A stretch of DNA of 45,916 bases, taken from the IMG/VR virus record IMGVR_UViG_3300036786_000080, positions 1 through 45,916 of that record, one strand, 5' to 3'. The first letter of the stretch is position 1; each line of letters starts with the position of its first letter. The stretch is from a virus. Taxonomy: Duplodnaviria; Caudoviricetes. Shown in pieces: positions 43,831 to 45,916 of this stretch. A program made the translations under genes and the position numbers. Under the pieces are notes generated by a model. The model had not been told where the DNA came from, did not search any database, and was given only the letters and a program-made list of their open reading frames with translations.

Positions 43831-45916
43831 ATGCCTGAGATTGCGAGTTTAAGCGTTGGCCTCTACGGGAACCCTTCGCCTTTAGCGGCTACGCTTGCCT
43901 CGCTGGATGTGATGTTTCAGGGGATCGTGAAGTCGGCGCAGGGAGCTGGGGCGGCGATCGATGCTGCTTTCGCGGGTGAGACCGGGCGGCAGACTAAGCT
44001 GCAGGCTGCTTTTGCGAAGACTACCGGAACTGTGAGCGACCTGGGGTTGGCGGCTCAGATCTCCGGTGGGAATATGCAGGCCGCCTTTTCTTCGCAGGCA
44101 ACACAGATGCAAGCGATCGGAGCGAGTGCTTCGGCCGCGGCCCTGCAGATCGAGGCGATGCGCGGGGCGGCGGGGGCTGGGGTTCCGAGTTCCGGGTTCG
44201 GAGTTCCGGGTGCTCCGGTGGTGACGACGAGTGGCGGCGGTGGATCGAGTGTTTCGGCGGCGGGGGCGAATGAGGCGAACGCTGCTTTCACGGCGCTGGG
44301 ATCCACGCTGCGCTCTGTTGGCACGATGCTTTCCTTATATGTGACAGCTCCGATCGCGCTGCTGGGCGGGATCGCGTTCAAGCAGGCGGCGGATTTCGAG
44401 CAGGCGATGGCTCGGATCCAGGGCACGTTCAATCTGCCGAAGACAGCGATCAGCGAGCTTTCGGCGCTGGCGGTGAAGCTCGGTGCGGATATCTCGCTGC
44501 CCAATACTTCCGCGGTGGATGCGGCCCAGGCGCTGCAGCAACTCATGGCGTCTGGTTTGTCGATGAAGGATGCGATGGCCGCGGCTCGGACCGTGCTGCA
44601 GCTCTCCGCGGTCGCGATGATCGATAACAAGACGGCCGCGATGATCACGGCCCAGGCGCTCAATGCTTACGGCCTGGCCGGCACGCAGGCCTCGATGGTG
44701 ACCGATCTGCTGGTCAACGGGATGCGAGCGACGGGCACTTCGGCCGAATCGTTCTCCAAGGGACTGACGACGGTCGCGCCGGCGGCGCAGCTGGCCAACC
44801 AGGGCATCCAGGACATGGCGACCGGAGTTGCCATGCTGGTCCGCGCGGGAATGACGGCCGGCTCGGCCGGTACCGCGCTGTCGACCATGCTCATGCGGCT
44901 TGCCAATCCGACCGCGGCGGCCAAGTCGTTGATGAGCGAGTTTAACATCCAGGTGCGCAATCTGGACGGCACGATGAAGCCTCTGCCGGCCATTTTTGAG
45001 GAGTTCAAGAATAAGCTCGGTCCGGCTGCCACGGTGACGAAGGCGTTCGGCGGCGACATCGATGAGATGGACAAGAAGCTGAAGGCTGCCGAGGCGACCT
45101 TCAAGACCGCTCAGAAGACGATGGCGGATCTGCCGCCGGTAATCGCTCAGCAGAATGCGCGGCTCTCGGATCTGCGCCGGAGTCTGGCCGATGTGGATGA
45201 GCCGGCTCGCAAGCTGACTTCCACGATCGCCGATGAGAAGCAGAAGCTCGCGCTGCTCACGGAAGAGATGAACCGGCACAACACGGAGGGCCTGGCCAAG
45301 ATGGCTCGGGCCAACGTGGATGCGAAGGGCAGGATCGCTGAGACCAGTTTGGAGATCGGCGTCCAGCGAAACAACCTGGCGAAGCTGCGCCAGGAGCTCG
45401 CGCAGATGCAGGAGGCTGACATCGAGGCGGGCGGTACCGGGCGCTCTCCGGCGATCATGGAGAAGCAGCTCGAGATCGTGCGGCTTTCCAACTCCATCCG
45501 GACCAATCGCGAGGACATCGTCGATTGGAAAAAGCAGATTGCCGACAACGATCAGCAGATGCGGACCGGCCTGGAGGCTACGAAGGAGAAGAAGCTCCGG
45601 ATCGATGAGCTCTCAGGCTCTTTGAAAGAAAACGAGAAGAAGCTCGACGACTGGAATTCCGCCGGCAAGGCGGCCAAGACCGCCGATCTGAACGCTTCGA
45701 TCGGAGAGCTGAACCACCAGCTGGCTGACAATAAGGCGAAATTGGTGGATGCCGCGAAGGCGCAGGATGCTCTGAATGTGGCGCGGCAGAACGCGCAGCG
45801 GGTGACTGTCGCGATGACGCAGGCCGATCGAGATAAGATCGTCGGAGACATCTTCGGGCAGCGGGGCTTCAAGCCGATCGAGATCGCGATGAAGTTCAAC
45901 CCCTCTGGCTATGAGG
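43831..45916 (+). CDS. tape measure protein, N-terminal part (3'-truncated by window edge)
   Basis: ATG after GGAG; 'LYVTAPIALLGG..FKQAADFEQAM', 'AGTALSTML.RL..PT' TP901-type core; no stop to window end. Confidence 0.9.
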   Translation, partial: MPEIASLSVGLYGNPSPLAATLASLDVMFQGIVKSAQGAGAAIDAAFAGETGRQTKLQAAFAKTTGTVSDLGLAAQISGGNMQAAFSSQATQMQAIGASASAAALQIEAMRGAAGAGVPSSGFGVPGAPVVTTSGGGGSSVSAAGANEANAAFTALGSTLRSVGTMLSLYVTAPIALLGGIAFKQAADFEQAMARIQGTFNLPKTAISELSALAVKLGADISLPNTSAVDAAQALQQLMASGLSMKDAMAAARTVLQLSAVAMIDNKTAAMITAQALNAYGLAGTQASMVTDLLVNGMRATGTSAESFSKGLTTVAPAAQLANQGIQDMATGVAMLVRAGMTAGSAGTALSTMLMRLANPTAAAKSLMSEFNIQVRNLDGTMKPLPAIFEEFKNKLGPAATVTKAFGGDIDEMDKKLKAAEATFKTAQKTMADLPPVIAQQNARLSDLRRSLADVDEPARKLTSTIADEKQKLALLTEEMNRHNTEGLAKMARANVDAKGRIAETSLEIGVQRNNLAKLRQELAQMQEADIEAGGTGRSPAIMEKQLEIVRLSNSIRTNREDIVDWKKQIADNDQQMRTGLEATKEKKLRIDELSGSLKENEKKLDDWNSAGKAAKTADLNASIGELNHQLADNKAKLVDAAKAQDALNVARQNAQRVTVAMTQADRDKIVGDIFGQRGFKPIEIAMKFNPSGYE

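Noticed and set aside
45901-45916. Exact circular closure of the two window ends
   Set aside because: A direct join is out of frame; a 2-nt GG overlap would restore frame but is too short to count as evidence, so some TMP sequence may be missing

Overview
The window looks like a near-complete, circularly permuted genome of a GC-rich temperate siphovirus in its excised form. Both ends lie inside the tape-measure gene, and an attP-like site (3' half of tRNA-Lys(CUU)) sits mid-window next to a tyrosine integrase. Gene order: tail tip, lysis (CHAP endolysin), a leftward replication operon (ParB-like, TOPRIM primase-helicase, iteron-rich putative origin), a cro/cI/ImmA-like switch, attP/int, a second divergent switch, two divergent sigma factors, then packaging, head and tail genes with an intact IS4-family (IS50-like) element. 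The most unusual signals are (1) two tandem non-canonical tRNA-like RNAs directly behind the integrase and (2) about 40 copies of at least six families of short REP/tandem-repeat elements, nearly all on the same DNA strand regardless of gene direction, several embedded in frame in proteins. Also notable are (3) an Acb2/Tad1-like sponge plus KTSC cassette in the head module, (4) dual sigma factors and (5) several probably leaderless regulators. All calls come from motif reading by eye; no searches were run and the host cannot be determined.
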